A DNA stretch of 64,000 bases from an uncultured archaeon (GTDB lineage Archaea > Asgardarchaeota > Lokiarchaeia > Sigyniarchaeales > SOKP01), in the NCBI GenBank assembly GCA_964508365.1, contig CAZDTP010000004.1, positions 49,681 to 113,680 of the forward strand, written 5' to 3'. The notes below the pieces were generated by a model that ran no database searches, was not told the origin of the DNA, and worked only from the letters and a program-made list of their open reading frames with translations. The stretch's first letter is position 1. Each line of letters opens with the position of its first letter. Below are positions 1 to 9,441 of the stretch, piece by piece. The translations under genes were made by a program, and so were the position numbers.

Positions 1-78
1 AAGTGTTGTCACAATTGTTTTCCCTACTCCTCCTTTTCCCGTAATAGCTACAATCAGTGGAATTTTTTTTAACTCCAT
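1..78 (-). CDS. cooC: CooC/AcsF-type nickel-insertion ATPase (MinD/ParA superfamily), 5' part only; runs off the window start
   Basis: Not in the ORF track. The reverse strand from ATG at 78 reads MELKKIPLIVAITGKGGVGKTIVTTL, with the deviant Walker A GKGGVGKT. It lies directly downstream of an ACS-like gene. Confidence 0.7.
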   Translation of the reverse strand, partial: MELKKIPLIVAITGKGGVGKTIVTTL

Positions 79-103
79 TCTTTGAATCCTTCCATTCGTA
101 ATT

Positions 104-871
104 TTAATTTTTTATCTCTTCTCGAGAAACTAATACTTGTTTGACATCATAACATTCTTCTTGATACGGACATACTTCACAACCCCAATCGTAATCACAA
201 TCAATTCTCTTTCTCCACTCTTCAATTTTTTTTTTCCACTTCTCCCTAACTTCAGCTAAAATTTCTGAAGAGAGCACGATAAATTGATCAATAGAACTTG
301 GATAAGAATTAATAAAAATAACTTCAACCGATTTTACTAGATCAGGGAACTTTTGTTTATACAACTGGACAATTGCGTTTCCCAATATCTCGAACGAAAA
401 TCCTTTTTGGAGAGCGGAACTACTGATTCGACACCAAAATCTACGAGGAATGGTACGAATTGAGAAACCCTCTATTCCATTTGATATAAAATTTAATTGT
501 CTTAACTCATCTTCATTTTCAGTAGTATTTTTATTTATCCCGATTAATAAAATAATCCCAAAATCAATTTTTGGCTCTTCAATTCTATTTACTTCTATTC
601 CTAGCAACGAGATTCTTCCGTGATTGATTAATTTAATTTGTTCAATTGGAATTACAACTGAGAACGATTTTTTATTCATCCCACCAAGTTCTAAGCCTGT
701 TTCCTCTTCAAGTATTATTTCTTTAAATCCATTCAATCCAATCTTAATTTTATTATCGACATGTGAATTGATCTGGTTATTAGTTGATTCATATGTAAAT
801 AGGATTTTTCCAGTATCTTGTTCCTTCTCTAAGAACTCTCTTATCTTTTCAATCGCAGTTTTGGGTTCCAT
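104..871 (-). CDS. Stand-alone acetyl-CoA synthase (CdhC/AcsB) middle-domain homolog with a C-terminal Cys cluster
   Basis: ELGG..SF, GRISLLG and EGFSIRTIPRRFWCRISSSALQKGFSFEILG..KFPDLVKSVEVIF match the ACS middle domain. It ends in CDYDWGCEVCPYQEEC and has no A-cluster domain. Confidence 0.7.
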   Translation of the reverse strand: MEPKTAIEKIREFLEKEQDTGKILFTYESTNNQINSHVDNKIKIGLNGFKEIILEEETGLELGGMNKKSFSVVIPIEQIKLINHGRISLLGIEVNRIEEPKIDFGIILLIGINKNTTENEDELRQLNFISNGIEGFSIRTIPRRFWCRISSSALQKGFSFEILGNAIVQLYKQKFPDLVKSVEVIFINSYPSSIDQFIVLSSEILAEVREKWKKKIEEWRKRIDCDYDWGCEVCPYQEECYDVKQVLVSREEIKN

Positions 872-1050
872 TAAAACAATACCAATCTAAATTAATCCAG
901 TATTAAATTATAATGAAGGGGTATTAAACTTTATTTAGGTTTTAATGGTTTTTAAAGAGTTTTATTCTCAATATTGAATTCATAAATTTAATTTCTGAAT
1001 TCTTATTTAATGAATTATTTAATAATAATAATAATAAAAAAGGATAAATT

Positions 1051-1764
1051 ATGACGATTCAACCTAGTAATAGTAGTGAAAAGGATCCAACCTGTCATCT
1101 CTGTAATAGCTATAAATATTGTGTTTCTGGGAGACCAAATAAGAATTTAGAGAATTGTCCGATGAAGACCTCTCCAGAGATCGAGAAACAAGCTCGTGAA
1201 CTATATGAAAAAGATGATTTAATAAAGAAATCGGTACGTATAGCGTCTATTGTTGAGGCTACAGGATACATAAAATGGCCAAGATTGAGAGATACAATTG
1301 AATACGCGAAAGGAATGGAGTATAATAAATTAGGAATAGCATTTTGTGTAGGGTTGCTCAGTGAAGCAGAACAAATTGCCAAAATCTTAACAGATTACGG
1401 GTTTACGGTAGCTTCGGTCTGTTGTAAAACAGGAAGCGTCAAAAAAACGGATATAGGAGTCCCTAAAGAATACACAACGGTTTCTAAAACTGGGTATCCA
1501 ATTGGAACAATTACTTGTAATCCTGTAGCTCAAGCTCTTTTGCTAAATAAAGCTGAAACTGATTTAAATCTCATTGTAGGATTATGCGTAGGACACGATA
1601 CAACATTCACTAAGTTATCGAAAGCACCAGTTACTACCTTAATCGCAAAGGACAGATCTTCACCTCACAACCCCGCTGCGTGCTTGCTCAATCACTATGG
1701 TAAAACTTTCTTTTCAATGGATCTTAGTGAGATGAAACGAAAAGAATTTGAAAAAAAGAAGTAA
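1051..1764 (+). CDS. DUF1847 family putative metal-binding protein
   Basis: Motifs LGIAFCVGL, SVCCK, CNPVAQALLLN, GLCVGHD, KDR..HNP. Confidence 0.85.
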   Translation: MTIQPSNSSEKDPTCHLCNSYKYCVSGRPNKNLENCPMKTSPEIEKQARELYEKDDLIKKSVRIASIVEATGYIKWPRLRDTIEYAKGMEYNKLGIAFCVGLLSEAEQIAKILTDYGFTVASVCCKTGSVKKTDIGVPKEYTTVSKTGYPIGTITCNPVAQALLLNKAETDLNLIVGLCVGHDTTFTKLSKAPVTTLIAKDRSSPHNPAACLLNHYGKTFFSMDLSEMKRKEFEKKK

Positions 1765-1859
1765 AATAGATAAATTTGCTCTTAAGATTCTTCTAACGAA
1801 TAGTTATTAAAATTTGGAAATTTAACATATATAGAAAAAATAAATTTTAGGTTATATAA

Positions 1860-2282
1860 ATGATTTCAATTCAAAAAGGGGAGGATTTGCTCTCAATTTC
1901 CTTAAGTACCATTTTAAGCTACAGGAAGGACGAGCCTGAATTTGAAAAACTTGTTTTAGATTGGAACAAGAAGATTTTAATTGAGATTGTAGATTTTTAT
2001 CCAATTGAAACTATATTTGATCACGATGAAATTAGATTCAAAGTAAGTGATATTGATAATAAAGTAGATCTGAAAGTTAGTATGAACATCTATACTCTTT
2101 TAGATCTAGCTTATGGAAGGGTAGGCCCTATAAAAGCCGTCTTTCAACGTAAAATAAGAATAAAAGGGTTATTCAAATTTGGAATTCTTTTGAAATTTAT
2201 AAAAATTTTTCTGAAAAGTATGCAAATGGTCGCTTCAGAACCTAACAATAATTATTACGAATTAAATAAACAAACTAGGTAA
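1860..2282 (+). CDS. SCP2 sterol/lipid-binding-domain-like protein
   Basis: 140 aa. DLKVSM...LLDLAYGRVGPIKAVFQRKIRIKG resembles the SCP2 C-terminal pattern. Confidence 0.65.
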   Translation: MISIQKGEDLLSISLSTILSYRKDEPEFEKLVLDWNKKILIEIVDFYPIETIFDHDEIRFKVSDIDNKVDLKVSMNIYTLLDLAYGRVGPIKAVFQRKIRIKGLFKFGILLKFIKIFLKSMQMVASEPNNNYYELNKQTR

Positions 2283-2300
2283 GATGGTGGAAGAAAACAT

Positions 2301-3776
2301 ATGACTGAAACAAAAAAAGGAAATTTGTACGAGAGGATTAGTAAAGAGGATGTGCTTAAAATATTAGAGGGGATATTTGGAAGTAAGAACGTAACAGATA
2401 AGTCGGTAGATTTATATCCCTATTCGTACGATATGACGGAATGTCAGCCTCATATGCCTGATTTCGTAGTAATTCCTGAAAATTCGGCACAACTAATAGA
2501 ATTGGTGAAATTTTGCAACAAGAATTCAATACCAATTGTACCTTACATATCTGGGAATAATGTAGGTGGTCTAACGATCCCAGAACATGGTGGTATCGTT
2601 GTCGATTTTGGGAAGAAAATGAATAAAATTCTTCACATCAATGAAAATATGATGTATGCTCTCCTAGAACCGGGAGTTACCTTCGGAGAACTAAAAAAAC
2701 ATTTAGACGAAAAGTATCCACATCTAAAATATAGTTACCCGTTCGCTCCACCTTACGCCGGAGTTGTTGGAAATGTAATTCTGAGTGGCATGAACAATCT
2801 TTCGTGTAAATTAGGCTCAATGGGTGATTCTATTAATGGTCTGGAAGTTATTACTGCTGATGGGGAACTTGTTCGAATTGGTTCTTGTTTTTATGGAAAA
2901 GACGAAGCGGATAAAGATAGTTGGTGGAGTAGGTATCCAATGCCAGACTTAATGGGCTTATTTATAAACTGGCAAGGAATGTCAGGGTTAGTAACTAAGT
3001 GTGCAGTTCAATTATGGCCCAATCCTCCCTTTCAAAAAACCTATCTTGGAATCGTTTTTGGTTTACCAGATATCGCACCGGTTATGAGAGAAGTTGGAAG
3101 GACAGAAATTGTAGATGACATTTCAGCGGTGAGCATTGAAGTAGTAAAGATGACAATAGAACTTCCAGAGCCTAAAAAAATACCAGGTGAACCCGATTTT
3201 GCTGCGCTCTTTTCTATTTCTGGCAGAACAGAAAATTTGTTCAGGGCAAAAGAAGAATATTTAAAATTAACTATAGAAAATCTGAAAAAACAAGGGATTA
3301 AAATTCTTCTCGTAGATGTTGACGAGTTTAGCAAACTATTTAGTTTAAGAGTAAGATGCCATTTGGATTTACCCGCAGTAATTCTATCGTTAGTAGAATA
3401 TTCTGGTCTAACATGGTTTGGATCCTATGCTCCTACACATAAACTCGAAGATTTGATTCCTAAGGTGAACGATTTATTTTTGAAATACAACGTTCCCCCA
3501 TTTATTTACATGAAAATCATGAAGCATTCTCATTACGGAATTTTTCGCCCGATCCTTCGATATAATAAATTCAAAGATGAGGATAAAATCCATAATCTAC
3601 TGAACGAAATTGCCGATCTATGTATCGCAGAGGGTTGTATCCCCTATAAAACGCCTGCTTGGATGACAGAAAAAATGCGAGAAGTAATTAATCCTGGTTG
3701 GCTAAAATTATTTGACAAAATTAAAAATTGCTTAGATAAAAACAATATTTTCAATCCCGGAAGGTGGAACACATAA
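2301..3776 (+). CDS. FAD-binding oxidoreductase (VAO/PCMH, GlcD/D-lactate dehydrogenase-like)
   Basis: PDFVVIP, GNNVGGLTIP..GGIVVDF..MNKIL, EPGVTFGEL, GLEVITADG, C-terminal LDKNNIFNPG. Confidence 0.9.
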   Translation: MTETKKGNLYERISKEDVLKILEGIFGSKNVTDKSVDLYPYSYDMTECQPHMPDFVVIPENSAQLIELVKFCNKNSIPIVPYISGNNVGGLTIPEHGGIVVDFGKKMNKILHINENMMYALLEPGVTFGELKKHLDEKYPHLKYSYPFAPPYAGVVGNVILSGMNNLSCKLGSMGDSINGLEVITADGELVRIGSCFYGKDEADKDSWWSRYPMPDLMGLFINWQGMSGLVTKCAVQLWPNPPFQKTYLGIVFGLPDIAPVMREVGRTEIVDDISAVSIEVVKMTIELPEPKKIPGEPDFAALFSISGRTENLFRAKEEYLKLTIENLKKQGIKILLVDVDEFSKLFSLRVRCHLDLPAVILSLVEYSGLTWFGSYAPTHKLEDLIPKVNDLFLKYNVPPFIYMKIMKHSHYGIFRPILRYNKFKDEDKIHNLLNEIADLCIAEGCIPYKTPAWMTEKMREVINPGWLKLFDKIKNCLDKNNIFNPGRWNT

Positions 3777-3904
3777 ATTGTTAAATTTTTTCTAATTAAA
3801 AATTTAGAAAATGAGATTCGATCGTTAAATAAGAAATAAAAGAGAAAGATAAAAATTACTTTTAAAAATTCTGTTAATTTATTCAAATAAAGGTGATATA
3901 TTAA

Positions 3905-4936
3905 ATGATAGAAACAAATATTACAAAAATGTTTGGGATAAAACATCCTATATTTAGCGCTCCAATGGGTCCCTTTTTTACCCGCGATTTAGCCCTTGCT
4001 GTCAGTGAGGCTGGTGGTTTAGGAGTGTTATCAAACGTTAACATCATCGGCACAGATCCCGTTGACGAACATAAGGCAAGCCTTGAATATATGATTGAAC
4101 ATACTGACAAGCCATTCGGACTTAATATCCTTACATCTCGGAATAATCCTGGAGTGAGACAAATGGTTAGATCATTACCAAGAATAGTCATGGGTAATGT
4201 AAGAATGCGAGATCAATGTAAATATTGGCTAACTTCTGCAGGTTCTTCAAAAATTCTTGCAGAATCGAAAAGTTTTCAAGAATTAAGAGAAAATTCAGAA
4301 GTTAAGCACTTTCATGTAGCTCCAGCTGTATGGTTGGCTCAAAAGTGTGTAGATTCAGGAGTGGATGGAATAGTGGTAACTGGTACTGAAGGTGGAGGGC
4401 ATCAATCATATGAGAGAGTCAGTACTCTTGTTTTACTCCAACAGATTAATAAGAACTTCCCTGATTTACCAAAGATTGCTTGTGGGGGTTTTGCTACTGG
4501 CGAATCTTTAGCTGCGGCAATTTCTTTAGGTGCAGGAGCAATAGCAATGGGATCAAGATTTATAGCTTCTAAGCAGAGTGAATTTCATGAAAAATACAAA
4601 GCGTTAATTCCTCCGGGTAGCCCGCAAGATACGGGGCTCTATACTGGATCTTTCGGACCTATTCGCTTGTATAAAAACGAATATGCATTATCGCATCCCG
4701 CACCTAGCAGTAAAGAAGAAATGATCGCTTACGAAAATTCTATATCTCCAGAACAAAGAGTAAAAGATTTAGGTGCCTATGACAGGGTATATAACGGAGA
4801 TATTGATACTGGGGCTGTTCTACTAGGTCAATCAATAGGAATTATTGATAGTATAGACAATGTCAATGATATTATTGAACGGATAATAAATAAGGCTGAA
4901 ACTGTTATCAGAAGGAATAACTCTATGTTGAAATAA
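3905..4936 (+). CDS. Nitronate monooxygenase / FabK-like FMN enoyl reductase family protein
   Basis: HPIFSAPM, GGLG, EGGGH, ACGGFATG, GAGAIAMGSRF. Confidence 0.85.
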   Translation: MIETNITKMFGIKHPIFSAPMGPFFTRDLALAVSEAGGLGVLSNVNIIGTDPVDEHKASLEYMIEHTDKPFGLNILTSRNNPGVRQMVRSLPRIVMGNVRMRDQCKYWLTSAGSSKILAESKSFQELRENSEVKHFHVAPAVWLAQKCVDSGVDGIVVTGTEGGGHQSYERVSTLVLLQQINKNFPDLPKIACGGFATGESLAAAISLGAGAIAMGSRFIASKQSEFHEKYKALIPPGSPQDTGLYTGSFGPIRLYKNEYALSHPAPSSKEEMIAYENSISPEQRVKDLGAYDRVYNGDIDTGAVLLGQSIGIIDSIDNVNDIIERIINKAETVIRRNNSMLK

Positions 4937-5026
4937 GACCCTATGTATACTTAATATAACCGATTTTATAATTTCTTTATAAATTGAACTAAAATTTGAT
5001 TTATTTGAACGAACAAATATTGGAGA

Positions 5027-5443
5027 ATGAATATTCTTAATATCGAATATCCAGATGATTTAATTTCCTTATCATTGAAGACTGTTTTCATTTCGAGGAA
5101 AGATGATAGGAAATTTATAAAACACGCGAAAGATTGGAATAAAAAAATCGTGCTTCACATCGAGCCATTCTATCCAGTGACAGTAGTCTTTGACGGTAGC
5201 GATATAAAATTTGAAAGGAAAGAATACCCTAACCCAGACATGAAGGTTAAAATTCATATCAACACCATGCTTGATATCGCCAATGATTGATTAAACCCAT
5301 TTTTTGCAATAGAAGAAGGGAAAAGGGAAATTGAAGGTTTGGGTGAAGATAGCGAAAAAATTCTGCGGTTTTATAATATTTTTGTAGTGTCTATGCAGAT
5401 GGTCGCTTAAGAGCCTAATGTGAATTACTATGAAATAAATAAA
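5027..5443 (+). pseudogene. SCP2-like pseudogene, paralog of 1860..2282, with two in-frame stops
   Basis: The frame continues past TGA 5288-5290 and TAA 5408-5410 as ...MLDIAND*LNPFFAIEEGKREIEG...SMQMVA*EPNVNYYEINK. This aligns to LLDLAYGRVGP...SMQMVASEPNNNYYELNK of the intact paralog. Confidence 0.85.
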
Positions 5444-5527
5444 AATATTTTGTTTCTAACACTTCAATTTCCCAGACACAAAACTGAATAGTATTAAAAT
5501 ACAAAAAATAACAGGGGTGTAATAAAA

Positions 5528-6931
5528 ATGGAGAAAAAAAGTAATAATATTAAAAATTTATTTGTAATTAGGTATTCTAGTGAGGATATTCAAGAATGGA
5601 AAGATTTATTTGAGAAACTTGGTAGTTTTAGAGCCATAAGTCGTTATTTGCGTGATCGAAATGATGGAAGAGGTCCTTCTGCACCAACGATTATATCACA
5701 TTTAAAAAACAAATTTTGTCAAGAGGGAGAAGATTTTGATGATTGGATTAATCAGAATAGGAAAGGATATTCCGATGATGAGATTCAAGAATGGAAAAAG
5801 TTATACGAGCGTTTAGGTAGCTTTAGAGCGGTATGTAGACATATACGCAAAAAAAATAATAATCCAAACCTTTATTCATCTACAGTTGCTAATAGAATAA
5901 AAACTAAATCTTACAGAGAAAATTGGAATTTTGACAAATGGGTTAACAAATTTAAGAAAGGGTATTCTAGCGAGGATATTCAAGAATGGAAAGAATTATT
6001 TGAGCAGTTGGGAAGTTTTAGAGCAGTAAGTAGATTGATACGGGAAAAAAAAAGCAAAAAAAGTCCTAATGCTTCTATCGTTCATTATCGTTTAAAGAAA
6101 TTGTTTCAGTCAGATGAAAAAAATTTTAATAGATGGGTTGAGAAATTTTCACGAGTTGATGAAATATTGAAACAACAACATTATTCCCGGAAGGAAATGC
6201 AGGAATGGGAAAATTTATTTGAGCAACTTGGTAGTTTTAGTGCAATTAGTAAATATTTCAATTATCAAGAGGGGAAAAGTGCTGTTACATCAACAATTAT
6301 AAAGAATTTACGAAAGAAATTTAAAAAAGAAGACAGAAATTTTACCGAATGGGTAAACGAGTATTTTTCACCAGAATCAGGGATTGCTTCGAATATTGGT
6401 AGATTTGTACATAATGTTTTAGAGTTGTTGTTCATAAAATTTTGTTTAAAAAATGATTTAGATGCTTTTTATGAAGTAAGTTATGACAATGTAATTATTA
6501 GTCCAGATGAAGAAATCAAATTAATTATTATAGATTATACCATTGCAAACGATATGAGGAAAATAGTTGATAAATGTTTTAGAGGATATCATGGACCAGA
6601 AAAAAAGTTGATTATTGTTGTTTTTCTTTCAGATAAAATTATTACTCTCCCAAAGAATAGAAATATTCCATTTATTGAAAATATTGAAATTTTAAATGCT
6701 AAAGAATTTGCTAGTTTTATGGGATATACAGGAAAAGATCTATATTTGTATGAATATATTCGATATTTAGGACGAAAAGCTTTTTATGATAATAACGCAT
6801 ATGAAGAATTAGAAGAATTAAGCAGAAATGCCCTAAATGATTTAAACAGACTTGCAATAAAATATTCCTTTCGAAAAGAAGATTTTGAACGATTTATCTC
6901 ATTAAAAGGGTTGGGTTATTTATTTGAATAA
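5528..6931 (+). CDS. Protein with four tandem ~65-aa HTH-like repeats and a C-terminal possible PD-(D/E)xK-like nuclease domain
   Basis: Repeats follow YSxxxxQEWxxL[FY]ExLGSFxA[IV]xxx...T[IV]...F..W[IV]. The C-terminal part has H..LE..YE..DN..IIIDYT..K motifs. Confidence 0.6.
   Translation: MEKKSNNIKNLFVIRYSSEDIQEWKDLFEKLGSFRAISRYLRDRNDGRGPSAPTIISHLKNKFCQEGEDFDDWINQNRKGYSDDEIQEWKKLYERLGSFRAVCRHIRKKNNNPNLYSSTVANRIKTKSYRENWNFDKWVNKFKKGYSSEDIQEWKELFEQLGSFRAVSRLIREKKSKKSPNASIVHYRLKKLFQSDEKNFNRWVEKFSRVDEILKQQHYSRKEMQEWENLFEQLGSFSAISKYFNYQEGKSAVTSTIIKNLRKKFKKEDRNFTEWVNEYFSPESGIASNIGRFVHNVLELLFIKFCLKNDLDAFYEVSYDNVIISPDEEIKLIIIDYTIANDMRKIVDKCFRGYHGPEKKLIIVVFLSDKIITLPKNRNIPFIENIEILNAKEFASFMGYTGKDLYLYEYIRYLGRKAFYDNNAYEELEELSRNALNDLNRLAIKYSFRKEDFERFISLKGLGYLFE
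5573..6367 (+). repeat. Four intragenic tandem repeats (units start at 5573, 5768, 5963, 6182; 65/65/73/62 aa)
   Basis: Visible in DNA, e.g. tattctagtgaggatattcaagaatggaaagatttatttgag (5573) versus tattctagcgaggatattcaagaatggaaagaattatttgag (5963). Confidence 0.95.
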
Positions 6932-6936
6932 AAAGG

Positions 6937-8130
6937 ATGGTTAAAATGACAGAAATAAAGATACCGGATGAGATAATAGGAAAACAATTTTTAGAACTTT
7001 CATTTGAAAGATGCATTAAGTGCAGTACGTGTAAGTACAGTTATAAGGACTTCGAAAAATCGTGCCCGAGTGGAGAAAAATTCCTATTCGAATCGTATTG
7101 GGCATCAGGACGAATAAGAACTATCAGAGGTCTACTGTTGGGAGATTTGGAATGGACGGAGGATTTAATAGATCCTATATTTGCTTGCACAACTTGTGGA
7201 GCATGTATGGACGCTTGCCAAGCACCTCACGCTGATTATATAGTTGATATGATAGAAGCACTTCGAGAATTAGCCGTTCAACATATTGGTCCTGCGAAAA
7301 ATCAAGAACTGCTCGTATCGCGTTGCAATGAGCATTGCAATCCATATGGAGAAGAGAATTCTACGAATGAAGATTTAAAAACAAAATATAATCTTCCAGA
7401 CAAAGCTGAATGGGTGTATTTTATAGGTTGTACATCAAATTATCGGCAGCAGTCACTTAGAGATGCAACCCTAAGATTTTTAAAGAAAGCGGGGATAGAT
7501 TTTACTTTAATTGATGAGCATTGTTGTACAAGCCCGATGATTCGAACAGGTCAGTTATCTATCGTAAATGAATACATGAACTACAATAATACGGAAATTA
7601 AAAAAGCTGGAGCAAGTAAGGTGATTACCAGTTGTGCTGGATGTTATAGAACCTTGAGAAAGGATTTTGAAAAATATGGTGTGAAGCATGATTTTGAAGT
7701 ATACCATTCACTTGAGTTAGTGAAGAATCTCTTAGACGAAAAAAAGATAGAATTTAAATCTGAATATAATAAAACCGTTACCTACCACGATCCGTGCCAT
7801 CTGGGAAGGCATATGGGAATCTATGAGTTACCAAGAGAGGTTTACAAACAGATACCTGGATTAAATTTAGTAGAAATGAAAAGAAATCGAAATTTTGCAT
7901 GGTGTTGCGGTGCGGGTGGCGGTGTGAAAATAGGATATCCTAATTGGGCTCTTGAGATTTCAAAAGACCGACTTGAAGAAGCAAAAGAGACAGAAGCTAC
8001 TGTAATTTCTTCTACTTGTCCATTTTGCAAAACTAATTTAAATGATGCGAATGTAAAATATAATTTTGACTTCCAAGTTTTAGATTTGATGGAGATATTA
8101 GATCAAATTGAAATAGAAGTTAAGAATTGA
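6937..8130 (+). CDS. (Fe-S)-binding protein, HdrD/GlcF-like (ferredoxin-type Cys motifs plus two CCG domains)
   Basis: CIKCSTC, CTTCGACMDAC, FIGC, HCC, SCAGC, YHDPCHLGR, WCCGAGGG, STCPFC. Confidence 0.9.
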   Translation: MVKMTEIKIPDEIIGKQFLELSFERCIKCSTCKYSYKDFEKSCPSGEKFLFESYWASGRIRTIRGLLLGDLEWTEDLIDPIFACTTCGACMDACQAPHADYIVDMIEALRELAVQHIGPAKNQELLVSRCNEHCNPYGEENSTNEDLKTKYNLPDKAEWVYFIGCTSNYRQQSLRDATLRFLKKAGIDFTLIDEHCCTSPMIRTGQLSIVNEYMNYNNTEIKKAGASKVITSCAGCYRTLRKDFEKYGVKHDFEVYHSLELVKNLLDEKKIEFKSEYNKTVTYHDPCHLGRHMGIYELPREVYKQIPGLNLVEMKRNRNFAWCCGAGGGVKIGYPNWALEISKDRLEEAKETEATVISSTCPFCKTNLNDANVKYNFDFQVLDLMEILDQIEIEVKN

Positions 8131-8160
8131 ATAATATTTTAAATTTAAAACTACATTTAA

Positions 8161-9441
8161 ATGGTTATTATGACCAAAATTGAACCAATAGATAAAAGTT
8201 TTTATTCAGCTTTTAATAAAGATGCTTGTACTGTTTGTGGTGAGTGTTTCCATAGATGCCCGATTATGGAGCTCACTATAGAAGAATCTGTTAGGGAGAT
8301 GAAAAAACTACTCGATGGTGAACCAACTAAAAGAGTACTGACAGAATGCCAAAGTTGTTACTCATGTAATTTTTACTGTCCTGAAAATGCTTATCCTGCT
8401 AGTTTAGTTCTACAACGCTGGAATGAACAGTATAAAAAAGAAGGTTTAAAAAAAAGAGGTAAATTTTATATGACCTTTTATCCTCATTATCCCAATTTTC
8501 GTTCTTATGTTATGGAACATTTGCCTGAGAAAACAATAGATTTAGTAAAAAACTGGGTGTCTTTAGAACCATTAGCAGGAGATACTCTAACCTACCCGGG
8601 ATGTAATGTGATTACATTTGCGGAACTAACTCAAGCGTCATTTTTTACCGACCTTGATATTCGAGGTAGATTGGAATATTGTTGTGGGGAAACTTTATTT
8701 CGAACGGGATACCGAGATGAATTATATCAAGTCACCAAAAGATTAGATAAATGGTTTAATATTCTGAAACCTAAGAAATTATTAGTTCTGTGTACTGCTG
8801 GAACTAACATGTTTAAGAATATTTTACCGCATTATGGATTAACTTACAAATTTGAAGAGATAAAATCATATATAGAATATTTATGGGAAAAACTTGAAAA
8901 TGGAGAGATTCAAATTAAGAATAAACTCAATATGACTATGACTATTCAAGACTCATGTTATTCTAAAATGTTTGGAGATGATTACATGGATTTACCACGC
9001 AAAATTTTAACCAAAATCGGAGTTAAAGTTATTGAAACAAATGCTTGTAGAGAAAATATGAGATGTTGCGGTATAGGTGCTGGTTTCTCAGTAGATTCTG
9101 CGTACCAACCGTTTAAGATCCGAAGTTCCACGCTTCGTAATTTTAAAGATATCAAAAAGACAAAAAGTGATGCGGTATGTGTTTATTGTGCTGGATGTTT
9201 AGCAACCTTCACAGCAAATAAAAAACTTTACTTTAAAAAATTAAAAGTATATCACATTATTGAGCTTATACAAATGGCAATCGGAGAAAAACCTTGTTTG
9301 ACTAAAAAAGCGAAAAAGAAAAGAGCAAAACATTTTTTCTGGGGAACCATGAAAAAGCAAGTCCCCATGATCAATTCGAAAGACACCTTTCAGTTAGCAG
9401 ATATTCCAGAAGACCCCCCATCATATGAGGAAGCGTGGTAA
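8161..9441 (+). CDS. (Fe-S)-binding CCG-domain protein (HdrD-like)
   Basis: CTVCGECFHRCP, CQSCYSCNFYCP, YPGC, YCCGE, QDSC, RCCG, YCAGC. Confidence 0.85.
   Translation: MVIMTKIEPIDKSFYSAFNKDACTVCGECFHRCPIMELTIEESVREMKKLLDGEPTKRVLTECQSCYSCNFYCPENAYPASLVLQRWNEQYKKEGLKKRGKFYMTFYPHYPNFRSYVMEHLPEKTIDLVKNWVSLEPLAGDTLTYPGCNVITFAELTQASFFTDLDIRGRLEYCCGETLFRTGYRDELYQVTKRLDKWFNILKPKKLLVLCTAGTNMFKNILPHYGLTYKFEEIKSYIEYLWEKLENGEIQIKNKLNMTMTIQDSCYSKMFGDDYMDLPRKILTKIGVKVIETNACRENMRCCGIGAGFSVDSAYQPFKIRSSTLRNFKDIKKTKSDAVCVYCAGCLATFTANKKLYFKKLKVYHIIELIQMAIGEKPCLTKKAKKKRAKHFFWGTMKKQVPMINSKDTFQLADIPEDPPSYEEAW

Noticed and set aside
5288-5290. In-frame TGA as a selenocysteine codon (also the TGA at 46926-46928 in sdhA)
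   Set aside because: The positions align to Arg and Gly rather than Cys, each gene has further lesions (a TAA, deletions), and I saw no SECIS-like hairpin
5444-6936. IS/transposon interpretation of the HTH-repeat gene
   Set aside because: I found no terminal inverted repeats, target-site duplication, or DDE, HUH or RuvC motifs
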